Shown: in pieces, positions 9,267 through 22,200 of the stretch
How positions within the stretch are numbered: position 1 is the stretch's first letter
How the letters are laid out: every line of letters starts with the position of its first letter
Virus record (IMG/VR): IMGVR_UViG_3300044712_001292
Span: 1-64,000 of that record
DNA: 64,000 bases
Direction: 5' to 3' (one strand)
Source: a virus
The notes under the pieces: model-generated
Databases searched by the model: none
Seen by the model: only the letters and a program-made list of their open reading frames with translations
What the model was told of the DNA's origin: nothing
Translations under genes and position numbers: made by a program

Positions 9267-12200
9267 ATGGCTGCACAGTCCTTCCTAGCTAAGCTGGGTC
9301 TCCGGGTTTCTACGCTGGGCAGTGCAGCCAACCTCGCCATCGCTGCTCCGTTGGCGGAAGGTGACCTGTCGATGAATGCACACACCGATCCCGCCAGGAT
9401 CGGTGTGTACTTCAGCCGTACCGTCGGAGCCGAGAAGGTCGGCTTCGTCGTCATGGGGTCGGAGAACTTCTACGTCGACAACACCATCGTCCGGTCGAAC
9501 AAGCCGTTGGTCATCGACACAGGTGCTTCGACCTCGGTCCTGCCGACTATTGCGGGCAACGAGCAGATCGTATTAGCGTTTCCGGACGGCAGTTGGGGCC
9601 GACTGGTCGGCATCACCTATGGCGGTCCAGTCGGCATCAACGTAGCCGGCATTATCGCCGGTGGTACACGCGCTTCGCCGTCAGCCACGACAGCGAGTTC
9701 GCAGTTCTTTACGAATGCGGCCTTCGGCCATAATGGTACGTCGTTTACGACAGCTAAAGCACAGTATCAGATCCGTGCGCAGAATAACTGGTCGCTGACA
9801 GACAACTCGACGCTGCATCGGTGGATGGGTACGCCGTCGGGGTCGACAACGACCAGCATCTGGATGGAGTTGAAGGATCGGTATCTGTATGTGACGGATG
9901 CAACCGCCAAGGTCATTCTCGGCGGAGACTTCTCTGCGAACGTCAACGTCAACTCGCAGGCGTGTGTCACCGCCTATTGGGGCATGCAGCTGCGCGGTAA
10001 TCTGCAGTCCGATGTGAGCAACCCGTCGTGGGTGACGATCGGCACGCTGCAGAGCTACGGCGTCATTCTGACGTCTGGGGCGGTTCCCAACGCAGCCTCG
10101 GTCCATATCCGTGGAACTGCCACGCAGACGACACCGCTGCTGACTGCAGCCCCGTCGTCGGGCACGGATGTCTATAGTCTGAATGTTGACGGCTCTTCGC
10201 TGAATACGTGGACGTCGACCGCGACGTCTGGCAGCCCAAGCGGCATTGAAGTCGTCGGAACCTACGCGCCCGTTTCGGCTTCCACAGCAGTCGTAACCGG
10301 TCTCAAGTCATACCTGACGCTGACAACGACGTCTGGAGCTCAGGCGAACGGTGTCTACGGCGCACAGCTGGGTGTCATCGCAGACCCCGGTGCCGCTGTA
10401 GCAGCGTCACCGCTTCTGGGCGTCTACGCTGGCACAGTGCTACGTTCATCTGGGGCGTACACGGTCTCCAGTAGCACTATGTACGGTGTGTACGTCAACA
10501 CCGTGTTTCAGGGGTATGCGTCTGGTGCGCAGGTTAACGCCACCAACGTCATGGGCGTCTACGTGCAGCCCGTATCGACGATGCTCACCGGGTCGTCCGG
10601 AACCGTCGCCAACTACTATGGCCTGTATCTGGCCGACCTGAGCAACACCGGCCCTGTAGCGTTGACGATCACGAACCGGTACGGCGTCTACCAGCTTGGC
10701 GCGGCTGCGCTCAACTACTTCGCCGGTTCGACGGGTATCGGGACGCTTCCGACAACGACGTCTCAGCTGACACTTGCAGCATCAACCGCCGGAGCCTCCG
10801 GTGAGTCCAGCCTGCGTATCCTGCCTGGCACGGCTCCGACAACCAATATCACGGACGGTGATATCTGGCTGACGAGCGCCGGTATGTTTGCGCGTATCAA
10901 CGGGGTTACGAAGCAGCTCGACAATACGGTGTCCACCAGCGGTGTGTCGGCTGGTCAGATCGTTTACGGTGATACGACCGCGAACACCATCATCGGTAGC
11001 TCGCAGTTCACGGCCACCGCTAACGGCGGCCTGCTGAACATCCTGCTGTCCGGCACGTCGACGTCGACAACGGCGTGGCAGGGTCTGTGCGCGACGGTCA
11101 CATCGACGGGTGCTGCTACGACAGGTCCTATCGTCGCTACGTGCGGTGCTCTGACGGCTACGCCAGGCGGTGCAGTCAGCGCTGGTGTAGTGTACTACGG
11201 CCTGCAGGGTACGGCTCAGACCAACTCGGCTACCCCGCCGACGAACACGAACCTCGGAGCAGGTGCTGGCTCTCTACAGAATATCTCCACAGCCGGCGTT
11301 GTTCTGGCTGGTGTCGGCGCTACGCCGACGTACTTCACCGCAGCTACTACGGGTACGGGCCTGTGGACGCTGGCTGGTCTGGTAGCGACGCCAACCCTCA
11401 CGGCTACGAACGCCACAGGCACGAGCACGGTTACGAACGCCGTCGGTCTGTGGGTACGCCCGGGATCGTTCACTACCACTGGTGGCGGTTCTACGACGGT
11501 GACGAACTACTACGGCCTCTTCATTGATGAGCCGACCACGTCGAGTGTCACGTTGACGAACCGTTGGGGTATCTATCAGAAGGGTGCCACGGCGTCGACG
11601 ATCACGAACTACTTTGGCGCTTCGTTCAACACCTTCCAGGCCGGTGCTGGCGGCGCAGTCGGCTTCACGTCCGGCTCGCTGTTCACGGTGACGCTCGGTA
11701 ACAACAACAGCGGCGGTCAGAACAGCACCAACCTTGCGAGCTTCTCGTACACGAACGGCGGTGCTATTACGGGTGCGAACACCGCCTCCACCCTCGCTGT
11801 GACGATGGCGTGGAACACCTCCAATACAAGCGGTTCAGCAACAACTACGGCGATTAACCTCAGCACGACTTATACGAACACGAACGCCACCGCTGCAACG
11901 CTGGTGAGTCAGGTGTTCTCGGCGCTGTCGGCTACAAGTATCGTCAATAATGCGACGGGCTCTGCTGTTACAGGCACCATAACGCACGCAGGCAACTACT
12001 ATATCCAGAGCGCGACGACCAGCACACTGACTGCTGGGTTCACCACCGCTATCACGAACTACTACGGCATCACGCTGGGTCTGAACGGCGGCGCGTGGAG
12101 CCTCACCAACGGCGGTGCTGGTACGACGACGATTACGAACCTGTATGGTCTGTACATCGGTTCCTACACCCTCACCGGCGTTACCGCTACCAACCAGTTT

Positions 12201-13220
12201 GCGATCTTCAGTGCGAGCACCGCGGCGTCGCAGCTGGCCGGCAACCTGACGATCGGTACGACGCTGACGGCTGGAAACACGACTGGCGCTTATAACCATC
12301 AGTTCTACAGCACGGGCGGAACGACCTACGGCACCGCACTGGTTGGTACGTTCGGGCCAGCGTCGACAGCCACGGCCGGCAACTTGTTCATGATAGCGGT
12401 GAACAAGAACGGCACTGACGTCGTCGCCATGGGCGTGAACAAGAACTCGGCTACGGGTACGGTTCCGTCGCAGAGCCCGTTCATCACGACGTATTTCACG
12501 ACGTCGAACCTGTCTATCGGTCGCGGTAATGGATCAGGCCTTCCGTTGTACGCCGATATCAACATCGGCGGTAACGGCAATATAACGATAGGCGAAGGCA
12601 CCGCCCAGACCGGGTCTGCAGGCACACGTACCATCCTGACGGTGCAGACCGCTGCCGATACGAACCGTACGGCAGGCGGCGAAGTCTTCGACATCCTGTT
12701 CAACCTGAACCGCACGGTACAGTGGGCGACCGGAGCGATCGCCACGCAGCGTGCCGTCCTTATCAACGCGCCCACCTACGCGTTTGTCGGTGCCAGCACC
12801 ATCACGACGGCTGCCACACTTGCTATCTCCGGGTCCCCGATCGCCAGCACAAACGCGACCATCACCAACTCGTACGCCTTCTGGGTCCAGTCGGGTATCT
12901 CGCTGTTCGCTGGCCTTGTGAACCACGCCGCAGCCGTTGTCAACGCCGTCAACAGCATCGCGACGTCCGGCGGCTCGACGGCTATGGCGGCTACGGACAA
13001 CGCCGTGGTGTTCACGGGTACAAACACGCACACGTACAACCTGACCGCGTCCGGTTCGACTACAAACGGTCGCCGGGTGATGCTCAAGAACCGGTCATCC
13101 GGAGCCGTAACCATCAACCGTGGTGGCGCGGACACGATTGACGGGGCCACGTCCTACAACCTGGTTGCTGGCGCAGCCGTGATCCTGCTTCTCAATGGCA
13201 CCGACTGGACCGTCAACTAA
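9267..13220 (+). CDS. tail fibre / receptor-binding-like protein 1
   Basis: 1317 aa Thr/Gly/Ala/Asn-rich, repeated YYG(L/I)...TNR(Y/W)G(V/I)YQ...NYF modules, AAGGAG RBS. Confidence 0.75.
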   Translation: MAAQSFLAKLGLRVSTLGSAANLAIAAPLAEGDLSMNAHTDPARIGVYFSRTVGAEKVGFVVMGSENFYVDNTIVRSNKPLVIDTGASTSVLPTIAGNEQIVLAFPDGSWGRLVGITYGGPVGINVAGIIAGGTRASPSATTASSQFFTNAAFGHNGTSFTTAKAQYQIRAQNNWSLTDNSTLHRWMGTPSGSTTTSIWMELKDRYLYVTDATAKVILGGDFSANVNVNSQACVTAYWGMQLRGNLQSDVSNPSWVTIGTLQSYGVILTSGAVPNAASVHIRGTATQTTPLLTAAPSSGTDVYSLNVDGSSLNTWTSTATSGSPSGIEVVGTYAPVSASTAVVTGLKSYLTLTTTSGAQANGVYGAQLGVIADPGAAVAASPLLGVYAGTVLRSSGAYTVSSSTMYGVYVNTVFQGYASGAQVNATNVMGVYVQPVSTMLTGSSGTVANYYGLYLADLSNTGPVALTITNRYGVYQLGAAALNYFAGSTGIGTLPTTTSQLTLAASTAGASGESSLRILPGTAPTTNITDGDIWLTSAGMFARINGVTKQLDNTVSTSGVSAGQIVYGDTTANTIIGSSQFTATANGGLLNILLSGTSTSTTAWQGLCATVTSTGAATTGPIVATCGALTATPGGAVSAGVVYYGLQGTAQTNSATPPTNTNLGAGAGSLQNISTAGVVLAGVGATPTYFTAATTGTGLWTLAGLVATPTLTATNATGTSTVTNAVGLWVRPGSFTTTGGGSTTVTNYYGLFIDEPTTSSVTLTNRWGIYQKGATASTITNYFGASFNTFQAGAGGAVGFTSGSLFTVTLGNNNSGGQNSTNLASFSYTNGGAITGANTASTLAVTMAWNTSNTSGSATTTAINLSTTYTNTNATAATLVSQVFSALSATSIVNNATGSAVTGTITHAGNYYIQSATTSTLTAGFTTAITNYYGITLGLNGGAWSLTNGGAGTTTITNLYGLYIGSYTLTGVTATNQFAIFSASTAASQLAGNLTIGTTLTAGNTTGAYNHQFYSTGGTTYGTALVGTFGPASTATAGNLFMIAVNKNGTDVVAMGVNKNSATGTVPSQSPFITTYFTTSNLSIGRGNGSGLPLYADINIGGNGNITIGEGTAQTGSAGTRTILTVQTAADTNRTAGGEVFDILFNLNRTVQWATGAIATQRAVLINAPTYAFVGASTITTAATLAISGSPIASTNATITNSYAFWVQSGISLFAGLVNHAAAVVNAVNSIATSGGSTAMAATDNAVVFTGTNTHTYNLTASGSTTNGRRVMLKNRSSGAVTINRGGADTIDGATSYNLVAGAAVILLLNGTDWTVN

Positions 13221-13229
13221 GGTACTCCC

Positions 13230-14465
13230 ATGGCATACGGCATCCCCGGTATCACGTTCGCCGACTCAGCTGCGGTGGACTCCTTCGGTCGGCTCCGTGT
13301 GTCGGAGCCGTATAGCCTGGTATCTACGAAAGCCGTCGGTAACACGCCTGAGCTGTTGTGCTCAAACGCGGTCACTGGCTCTGGTGTCGCTACGTATACC
13401 GTCAACAGGTCATCGACCTACCTGACAGTAGGTACGGCAGTTGGAACAGCGACCCGTCAGACGAAGATCCGCGGCATCTATCAGCCCGGCAAGTCGCAGT
13501 TTGCGAAGGCCACCTTCATCATGGCACCGGGTCAGGCGAACCTGGTTCAGCAAGTCGGGTACTTCGATACCAACGACGGCGTGTTTCTGCAGCTGAGCGG
13601 TACGACCCTGGCGGTCGTACTGCGTTCGTCGGTGAGCGGTAGCCCGGTCGATACTGCCGTCGCACAGAATACGTGGAATATCGATAAGTTCGACGGCACT
13701 GGTCCGTCAGGTCTGACGCTGGACATCACCAAGCCGCAGATCCTCGCCGTCGATCTGCAGTGGCTCGGTGTTGGACGCGTTCGCGTGGGATTCGTTATCA
13801 ACGGCACGTTCTACTACGCGCACCAGTTCCAGGGCTCGAACGGCAGCTTCACGTCCGTGTACATGAAGAACCCGAACCTGCCTATACGCTGGTTCATCCA
13901 GGCCACCGGCACGGTCACGGGTACACCGCAGCTGGAAGCCATCTGCGGTGACGTCGCTTCCGAGGGCGGTGTAGACAACACCTTTGGCAACTTCTCGTCA
14001 GCCGATAACGCCGGCACCGGTATCAGCGTCGCAAACGGGGCCTGGGCGGAGCTGCTGGCGATTCGCTTGCAGTCGTCGTTCACCTCGTTCTCCTCCATAT
14101 TCCTGCAGCAGCTGACGATCAGCACGGATGTGGCTAAGAACGCTACTGGTTCAGCGCTGTACCGTGTTGTCCTGAACCCGTCAGGCGTCACTGGCGGTGC
14201 GTGGTCGTCTCTCACGAACAGTGTGTGCGAGAAGAACACGACACGTACAGGGGCTACTGGTGCAGCTAACGCAAGCGGCCCGGCCGGTATTATCCTCGAC
14301 GCCGGCTATTTCGGACCGGAGGCGGTCGCAGACATCAGCAAGGCCGCTATCCCTCTCGGTATAGACCTCGCTGGCAATCTCGACGTATACTCTCTGCAGG
14401 TTCTCAACATTTCGTTGGGTACGACGAACTTCTACGGCACCTTGACCTGGCGCGAACTCGACTAA
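13230..14465 (+). CDS. conserved phage virion structural protein
   Basis: DSFGRLRVSEP, YQPGKSQ and DLQWLGVGRVRVGF motifs recognised from phage structural proteins. Confidence 0.7.
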   Translation: MAYGIPGITFADSAAVDSFGRLRVSEPYSLVSTKAVGNTPELLCSNAVTGSGVATYTVNRSSTYLTVGTAVGTATRQTKIRGIYQPGKSQFAKATFIMAPGQANLVQQVGYFDTNDGVFLQLSGTTLAVVLRSSVSGSPVDTAVAQNTWNIDKFDGTGPSGLTLDITKPQILAVDLQWLGVGRVRVGFVINGTFYYAHQFQGSNGSFTSVYMKNPNLPIRWFIQATGTVTGTPQLEAICGDVASEGGVDNTFGNFSSADNAGTGISVANGAWAELLAIRLQSSFTSFSSIFLQQLTISTDVAKNATGSALYRVVLNPSGVTGGAWSSLTNSVCEKNTTRTGATGAANASGPAGIILDAGYFGPEAVADISKAAIPLGIDLAGNLDVYSLQVLNISLGTTNFYGTLTWRELD

Positions 14466-14474
14466 GGAAGCATC

Positions 14475-16199
14475 ATGGCCGCTGACTCGTTCCTCGCACG
14501 CCTCGGTCTTCGGGTCGCTACGCTTGGCTCTGCGGCCAGCTTGGCGTACGCCGCTCCCATCAGCGAAGGCAACGTCTCCGCTACGGCGCACACGCACGCC
14601 GGTCGTACGGGCTGGTATCATCCGACGAGCACGTCGATGGGCGTCGTCATCAACGGCGCGGAGGCGTTGCGGTATTGGTCGGACGGCGGCATCCAGATCG
14701 GCGGAACGTACTCTGCCAGCCCAGGCGCAGCTGCCCTGCAGGTCGGCGGACTGACCCGTGTCGGCGGCAACGTCGTATTCTTTGGCGGTTCGTCGTCACT
14801 GCTCTATCAGACGGGTACAACGCTCTCCATCTCAGCCGCAAGCGGCAACACTCCGGCTGCGACGCAGGGCCGGGCCTCCTTCGGTCCAACGTCGGTGTAC
14901 GTCGGCATGGATTCCGGGTTGGCGAATACCGGCGTGCTGATCTCCAGCGGCACCCCGGAGATTCTGGCCCAGCTCGGCAATACCGATCCGCGTCTCGCCA
15001 TCCGCACGACGGGAGTTGTCGTCGAGCGCGGCGGTCTCGTTGTCGGCGGGCAGGGGTCAACGGGTACGATCACGCTCAAGCAGTCGGGTGGGGGTGACTA
15101 CCTGTCCATTCAGGCAAATGCTGGAGCAGGCGGTACACTCGCAACATGGACGCTGCCCGTTAACAACGGGTCAGCCGGATACGTACTATCGACAAACGGG
15201 TCCGGAGCGCTGTCGTGGATCGCTATCACATCGACACCGGCAGCACCGGCGAACTCGATTCAGTTCAATAACGCCGGGTCCTTTGGTGGTAACGCGAGCT
15301 GGACGTGCACGCCGTACCTGGGCATCCCCTATGTGAAGCTCAACCCGAGCGCACTGTCGACCGGTCTGGTCAACGCGTTGTTCGAGGCGTCCTGGACGCT
15401 CGATGCGTCGTCTATCCAGTCCACCGAGCAGGCCGCGGCCATGTTCAAGACGTACCGCGATCCCATGTACGTGGCGAGCGAGTCAGGACTGCGGTATCGC
15501 GGTATCTTCGTCGAAGTCTATGACGAGGTCGACGCTGACCCGGGCTTCAACCCCGGACCGTCGACGGTGTGTGGTATCGAGTCACGGGTTACCGAGGACT
15601 ACGAGGCCGGCATCGGATCACGCGTCATTTCGAACATGACGGCCATCAAGGCGCAGGCGAACACGTACACCGCTGCCGGCGGCGCGCTGAACCTGACTAA
15701 CCTTATCGGTCTGCATGTCGAGGTGTCGCTCGGTGGCGGCGGCTCTACCAATATCACCACGCTGTACGGCGTGCTGATCGACGACTATGTGAGCAGCGGT
15801 TCCCCGACCGTCACGAACCGATATGGCCTGTACCAAGTCAATCCGCTGTCGAAGAACTACTTCGCAGGTCAGGTGCAGGTCGATGGGCAGCTGCGGTCAA
15901 CTGCGGCGTTTCAGACGGGGATCACGCTTGTCACGGGCAGCACCGTTCTCGACGCAACGCATCAGACCGTTCTTGTCAATGCTTCGGGCGGTCCTGTCAC
16001 GATTACGGTGCCGGCTGCATCGACCATTACGGGACGCCGCTACGATATCAAGAAGACCGACAACTCTGCCAACGCCGTCACCATCGTACGCACCGGATCC
16101 GATCTGCTGGATGGGGCGACGTCTATCTCGTTGACTGTGCAGTACCAGTCGAGGACACTCATAGCCTACGGCGCGACCAACACCTGGAACGTGCTCTAA
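14475..16199 (+). CDS. tail fibre-like protein 2
   Basis: N- and C-termini paralogous to 9267..13220; SIQFNNAGSFGG and GYVLSTNGSGALSW fibre motifs. Confidence 0.75.
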   Translation: MAADSFLARLGLRVATLGSAASLAYAAPISEGNVSATAHTHAGRTGWYHPTSTSMGVVINGAEALRYWSDGGIQIGGTYSASPGAAALQVGGLTRVGGNVVFFGGSSSLLYQTGTTLSISAASGNTPAATQGRASFGPTSVYVGMDSGLANTGVLISSGTPEILAQLGNTDPRLAIRTTGVVVERGGLVVGGQGSTGTITLKQSGGGDYLSIQANAGAGGTLATWTLPVNNGSAGYVLSTNGSGALSWIAITSTPAAPANSIQFNNAGSFGGNASWTCTPYLGIPYVKLNPSALSTGLVNALFEASWTLDASSIQSTEQAAAMFKTYRDPMYVASESGLRYRGIFVEVYDEVDADPGFNPGPSTVCGIESRVTEDYEAGIGSRVISNMTAIKAQANTYTAAGGALNLTNLIGLHVEVSLGGGGSTNITTLYGVLIDDYVSSGSPTVTNRYGLYQVNPLSKNYFAGQVQVDGQLRSTAAFQTGITLVTGSTVLDATHQTVLVNASGGPVTITVPAASTITGRRYDIKKTDNSANAVTIVRTGSDLLDGATSISLTVQYQSRTLIAYGATNTWNVL

Positions 16200-16208
16200 A
16201 GGGTAGCT

Positions 16209-19200
16209 ATGGCCTACGACCCGCTGCTGAGCGTACTCGGTCTATCGCAGACGAACCCGACGATCTTTTCGCCGACGGCAACGCGCGTTGGTGTGGCCAT
16301 CAGCCCTGCCGCGCTGCCGTCGTCTCCGGTTACGGGTGGTCTCGCTATCGACAGCGGGGCAGGCAACGCGCTGAAGTGGTGGGACGGCTCAACATGGCGG
16401 TCGGCATCTGGCATCACCGCTCTGACAGGCGATGTAACCGGCTCGGGTTCCGGTAGCGTTGCGACGACGATCGCTGCCAATGCCGTTACCTTTGCCAAGT
16501 TCCAGCAGGTGGCGACATCGACCTTCCTCGGCCGTATTACGGCCGGCACAGGGAACGTCGAGAGCCTGACCGTCGCGAATGCCAAGACGATGTTGGCGTA
16601 CACGCCCTCCGACATCGGAGCGGTCCCTACGTCACGTCAGGTTATCGCTGGAACCGGACTGTCGGGTGGCGGAGCCCTGACTGCGGATGTGACGCTCTCG
16701 CTTCCGAACGTAGGCACCGCGGCTACGTATGGAAGCGCGACACAGGTTCCTGTGCTGACGACGGATGCTCAGGGTCGCATCACGGGTGTTGTCAACACGT
16801 CTATTGCTATCGCGCAGAGCCAGGTGACGAACCTGGTGACCGACCTGGCATCGAAGGTCAATAAGTCCGGCGATACCATGACGGGTACGCTTGTGACCCG
16901 TGCGCTGACGATAGCCGATAGTACCGGAGCCAACTCCAGGGCGCTCGCCGCAAACGTGCAGTTTGGATACAGCACGGGCTACCGCGCACTCATCCTGGGT
17001 TCTACGGGTGTCACGTACACCTCCGACGCCATCACCATCTCGCTTGGTGTCGACCCGACCGTCATCGCAGGCGGTACCTTCAGCGGCGACGGCCGCGATC
17101 TGATCGTCCGCCGTACGCTGCGTATCATGACGCCGAACGCGGGCGGTACCGACTGGGATGCAGTCCTGACTGCAACCGGCAACCTGTGGAACTTCACGGT
17201 TACGCCTCAGGCCGGAGGCATAAACCTCGTCCTGACGAACGACAGCCGTCTCTCGGATGCCCGTACCCCGACGGCCCACGTACTGGATAGTGCGACACAC
17301 ACGATCAGCGGTAAGACTGCTGGTCAGGTGCTGCTGGCTACCGGTGCGACGACGTACGCATTTACGACGGTCAGCGGCGACGCCACCATGAGCGGGGCCG
17401 GCGCACTGACGCTTGGCAATAACGTCGTCACCTACGCCAAGTTCCAGCAGGTCGCCGCCTCGAGTCTGGTGGGCAACCCGACAGGCGCTCTCGCCAACGC
17501 TCAGGGCATCACTCTCGCAGGTCCGTTGTCGTTCAGCGGCACGACCCTGACCATCGCTAACGGCGCTATCGGAAACGCCCTGCTGACCAACAGCAGCATC
17601 ACGATCGCCGGAACGTCGACAGCCCTGGGCGGTTCGATCAGCCAGGATACCATCACTGGTCTGTCTGGTACGGGCCTGATCAAGCGCACCGGTGCCAATA
17701 CACTGGCTATTGCTGTTGCCGGTACGGATTACTTGGTCTCCAACCAGACTATCACACTGTCCGGTGACGTCACGGGCAGCGGTTCTACCGCTATCACGAC
17801 CACCATCGCTGCGGCCTCCGTGACGCTGGCGAAGATGGCCAACCTCGCCGCCAATTCGATCATCGGCAATAATACGGGCTCTCCGGCTACTCCGCTGGCG
17901 CTGACGGGTACCCAGGTTACGGCGATGCTGGATACGTTCAGCACGACCACGACGACGAAGGGCCTCGTCCCTGGCGCTAATAACGTCGGAGCGACGTACT
18001 TCCTCAGGGCCGATGGTACGTGGGCAGTGCCAACGGGTGGCGCCACTCCTGGCGGTTCGAACACGCAGGTTCAGTACAACAGCAGCGGCGCATTCGCTGG
18101 TAGCGCAAACTTCACGTGGGATAACCTCGGCAGCACCCTTACCGTTGCGAACGGCTATGTGCAGAGCCGCACCATTAAAGTAGGCTCATCCAACTATCGC
18201 TTCAGCATCGGTTACATGGGCGCTCCGTTTGATGTAGATTCTCTCTACATCTTCGACTCGGTATCCAATCAGCGTCTGGCTCGCTGCATTCCTGGCGATA
18301 ACGTTTCGACGTTTGTTGAGTGGCAATTCCGTAATGAGGACGGCGTTGGTGCCGTTCGTATCTACGAGTTGATCGTAGATCGTGTTCGTGGATGGAGTGG
18401 CACGGGCACCCGTCTCGTCGCGACGAACGCGGCAGGACAGCCGGTGATGAGCGACCTGACCATCTCCGGCTCCAACCTGACCACCGTTGGCACCGTGACG
18501 GTCGGCAGCCTGACCGGCACCGCTACTCAGATGGTGGGTGCGACATCAGGCAACGTCCTGACGACGATCACCATCGGTTCCGGCCTGACCTTGTCCGCGG
18601 GAACACTATCCGCTACGGGCGGTGGTACGATCGGTGGCTCGGCTGCAAACACGCAGGTAGCCTACGGTTCCGGTGCCAACACACTGACCAGCAACGCCAA
18701 TTTCACGACGGATGGGTCGACGGTTCTGACGGTCGCTTACCCGACGGCAAGCACCGGTATCGGCAGCGGCGCCCTTGTCCTGTCCGGAGCCAGCGCCGGT
18801 CTCGGCGTTGCAGGTCAGACCACGACGGCCCAGCTTGCCGTCACCACGACCACGGACGCCAGCACCGGTCAGATCAACTCGCTGGCTAACCCCACGGGCT
18901 TCGTTCGTCTGACAGGCGCTGCACCGGACATCCGTGGCATCGCCAATCCGGGAACCGGTGCAGCGCGTCGTCTGACGCTGTACTGCACGAACGCGACGGT
19001 CATCCAGCACGAGGCCGGCTCTGCTCCGACAGTAGCTGACCGCGTCAACCTCGGATTCCTGGGCGGTGGTTCGTCATACACGCTGCCAGCAGGTTCCACC
19101 GTCGATCTGATCTACGATACTACGACGCAGCGTTGGCGTCCGTACAACCCGTTCGTGGGCTGGACCATGGCAGCGGTTGCCGGAGCCCTCGTGCTGACCT

Positions 19201-22200
19201 ACGCAGGGGGCACGAACGCCACTGCCGGGTCCGGCACTGGCGTCACAAGCAGCATCACGTTCTCCGATGCGTCTGGTAACACGTCTCGTGGGTCGAGCTT
19301 CACGGTCACGAACACCGGGGCCATGGCTACCGGTACGTTGGTTGAGGCTGTCTACGGCAGCGCAGTAGCTAACCCGAACGCGACGGTAGGACTCTCGAAC
19401 GTCCGTATCATCGGTGTGAGCGGCGCTGGCAGCAACACGTCCGCCGCCACCAACCGTCTGGCGACAGCAGCTTTGATCGGTGTCCAGGGCTACGGGTTCT
19501 TCCAGACGTCGTCCACGACAACAGGTACCGTACTGGGTTCGCTGGTCGGCGCAGCGTCCCGTCTTGGTGTCGATTCGACGGGTTCGTCCGGGTCGCTGAC
19601 GATTACTGCTGCGTACGGGTTCCTGGTCGACACCGGCGGTGGAAACTCAACCCAGTTCCGCACTGCGGCAGGTAGCACGCTGGTCATCAGCGCCTACTAC
19701 GGCATCTACCTCGATACTCCGGGAACCGGTGGCGGCGGCACCGTCACGTTCGGAGCCAAGTACGGCGTCTACCAGAACGACTCTACGGCTTTCAACTACT
19801 TTGGTGGATATACGTCGTTCGGAGGCGCTGCCGCGGCGACGACCTCGTTCGGCATTTTCGGTGCCAGCACGACCGCCACCAGCAGCATCCGTCTTACTCC
19901 GGGTGTTGCCCCGACATCGCCCGTCAACGGCGATATGTGGATCACGTCGAGCGGTGCGTTCGCCCGCGTGAACAACAGCACCGTGCAGCTGGATGCGAAC
20001 CAGACAATCACGCTGTCTGGGGATGTGACGGGTAGCGGTACGACGGCTATCTCAACGACTATCGCGAACAGCGCAGTTACGCTGGCGAAGATGGCGAACC
20101 TCGCTGCCAACAGCATCATCGGCAACAACACTGGTGGTTCCGCAACCCCTCTGGCGCTGACCGGAACCCAGGTCACGGCGATGCTGGACACGTTCAGCAC
20201 TTCGACCACAACGAAGGGCTTGGTGCCCGGATCTAACAGCGTCGGCACGAGCTACTACCTGCGCGCCGATGGCACCTGGGCCATTCCGCCCGGCTCTGGC
20301 ATCTCCACGACGGGCACTCCGGCGTCGAGCGATATCGCCATATTCTCCGGAGCTTCTTCGGTCACGAACGCTGCCGGTATTGCAGCTGGTACGACGCTCA
20401 CACTGTCGAGCGCCGGACTACTGTCGTTCTCTAACTCCACGGGTTTGGGCGGAACGCAAAACGGTATAACGCTGACGCTGGCTAGCACACAGTCCACGGG
20501 CACCGACTATCGGGGTATCCGCCTGGATTCGACCGCGACGAATGCCGACACCGTGTATGGTGCCTACTACACAACTGTGGTCACTCCTACGGCGGGTACA
20601 GGACGTACCATATATGCCGCAGTGCTTGGGGCCACAGCTAACGACAACACGTCAAACTGGACGAGCGGTACCGTGTATGCGACACAACTAATTGGTCAGT
20701 ATTCAAGCTCCGTCGCAGCTGGAGGCAATACACTTAACATCGCTGGCGGCGCGTATGTTGTTTTGAGCCTGACATCGTCTAATTCGTCAGGGACGACAAC
20801 TATCAACACCGCCTATGGTGTGAACGTGGCTCCCGCGTTTGCGGCGGTCACAGGCGGCGGCACGTTATCTGTTACGACGTATTACGGTCTGTACCTGGGT
20901 ACCGTTGCGACGTTCGGTTCTGGTACCCTGACGGTAGCCAACCGCTGGGGTGTCTATCAGAATGATGCTGCGGCGAATAACTACTTCGCCGGTAACGTCG
21001 GTATCGGCACTGCCCCGGCTGCGGCGCTGCATCTTACTTTGGGGGAAAGGTCCGCTAACTGGTTTAACAACGGCATCGGGATTCGTTACGATGCATCTAC
21101 ATTTACCGATTCAGGATCGTCTGGTACGGTCGCTCTGTGTGGCGTGCATCAGATCAAGGCACCGACGCAGACTGCTGATGTTGCCACGACATATACCAAC
21201 GCCTCGACCCTAATTGTTTACGATCCTACTGCGTCCACCAACGTGACGATGACGACGAAGAACGCCATCACCACGTTTGGCGGCATTCGTATCTACGCGA
21301 ACAACGCACAGACGAGCATCGCAGATTCCATTAGAATCGTCCCGAATACCGGCGGCACGAATAGCAACATCGCTACCATAACGGTAGGGTCGATGGCGGC
21401 CTCATTTACGCATACCATCCCAGGCACGACCGGCACATCAACGCTGGGTACCGGTACCAACGGTCAGGTGGCGATCTGGAGCGGCACGAACACCGTTACA
21501 GGCAACGCTGGCTTCACGTATAGCACTACTTCTGGGTTCGTTATCACGGTAGCCGGCGGCACAAACACGGCGGTCGCTGGAGTGAACTTTGTCGGTGGTA
21601 CTGGCACATATAACGCAGCCGCTAACGCCAACGCTGTCATTACGGGCATGCGCTTCGCCCTGACGGAGACTGGCGCAATCGCCAACAGTGGTGTCACCAT
21701 TGACGCCATCAGTGGCGTAGTGACTGTTGGCAACACGGCTACTGGTGCGGGCAACAAGGTGCTGTCTGGTGTGAGGGGTGCGGCTACCGCGACATCGCAG
21801 GCGAACAACAACTACAGCCCGTATACGCTGAGCGGTGGTACGTTTACGTCCACATTTAATACGTCGTCTATCACGACCGGCACCGGCCTAACCAACTTGT
21901 ATGGTGCCCAGATCGTCATTTCTGATACACTGACAGGCGCGTCTGGTACGATCACCGTTACGAACGTCGCCGGCCTATATATCAACCCGGGCACGTTCTC
22001 TGCCTCGGCGGCCTCGGGCCAGACGATCACCAATTACTATGGCATATACATTGGTACGCCGACCTTAAACAACACGACGGCTACGAACCGTTTTGGTATC
22101 TACCAAGCTGACGCCAGCGCCCAAAATTACTTCGCGGGTCGTGTGTACATCCAGACTGCTGGTGCTGGTCTTGGTATCAAGGAAGGCTCCAACGCGAAGA

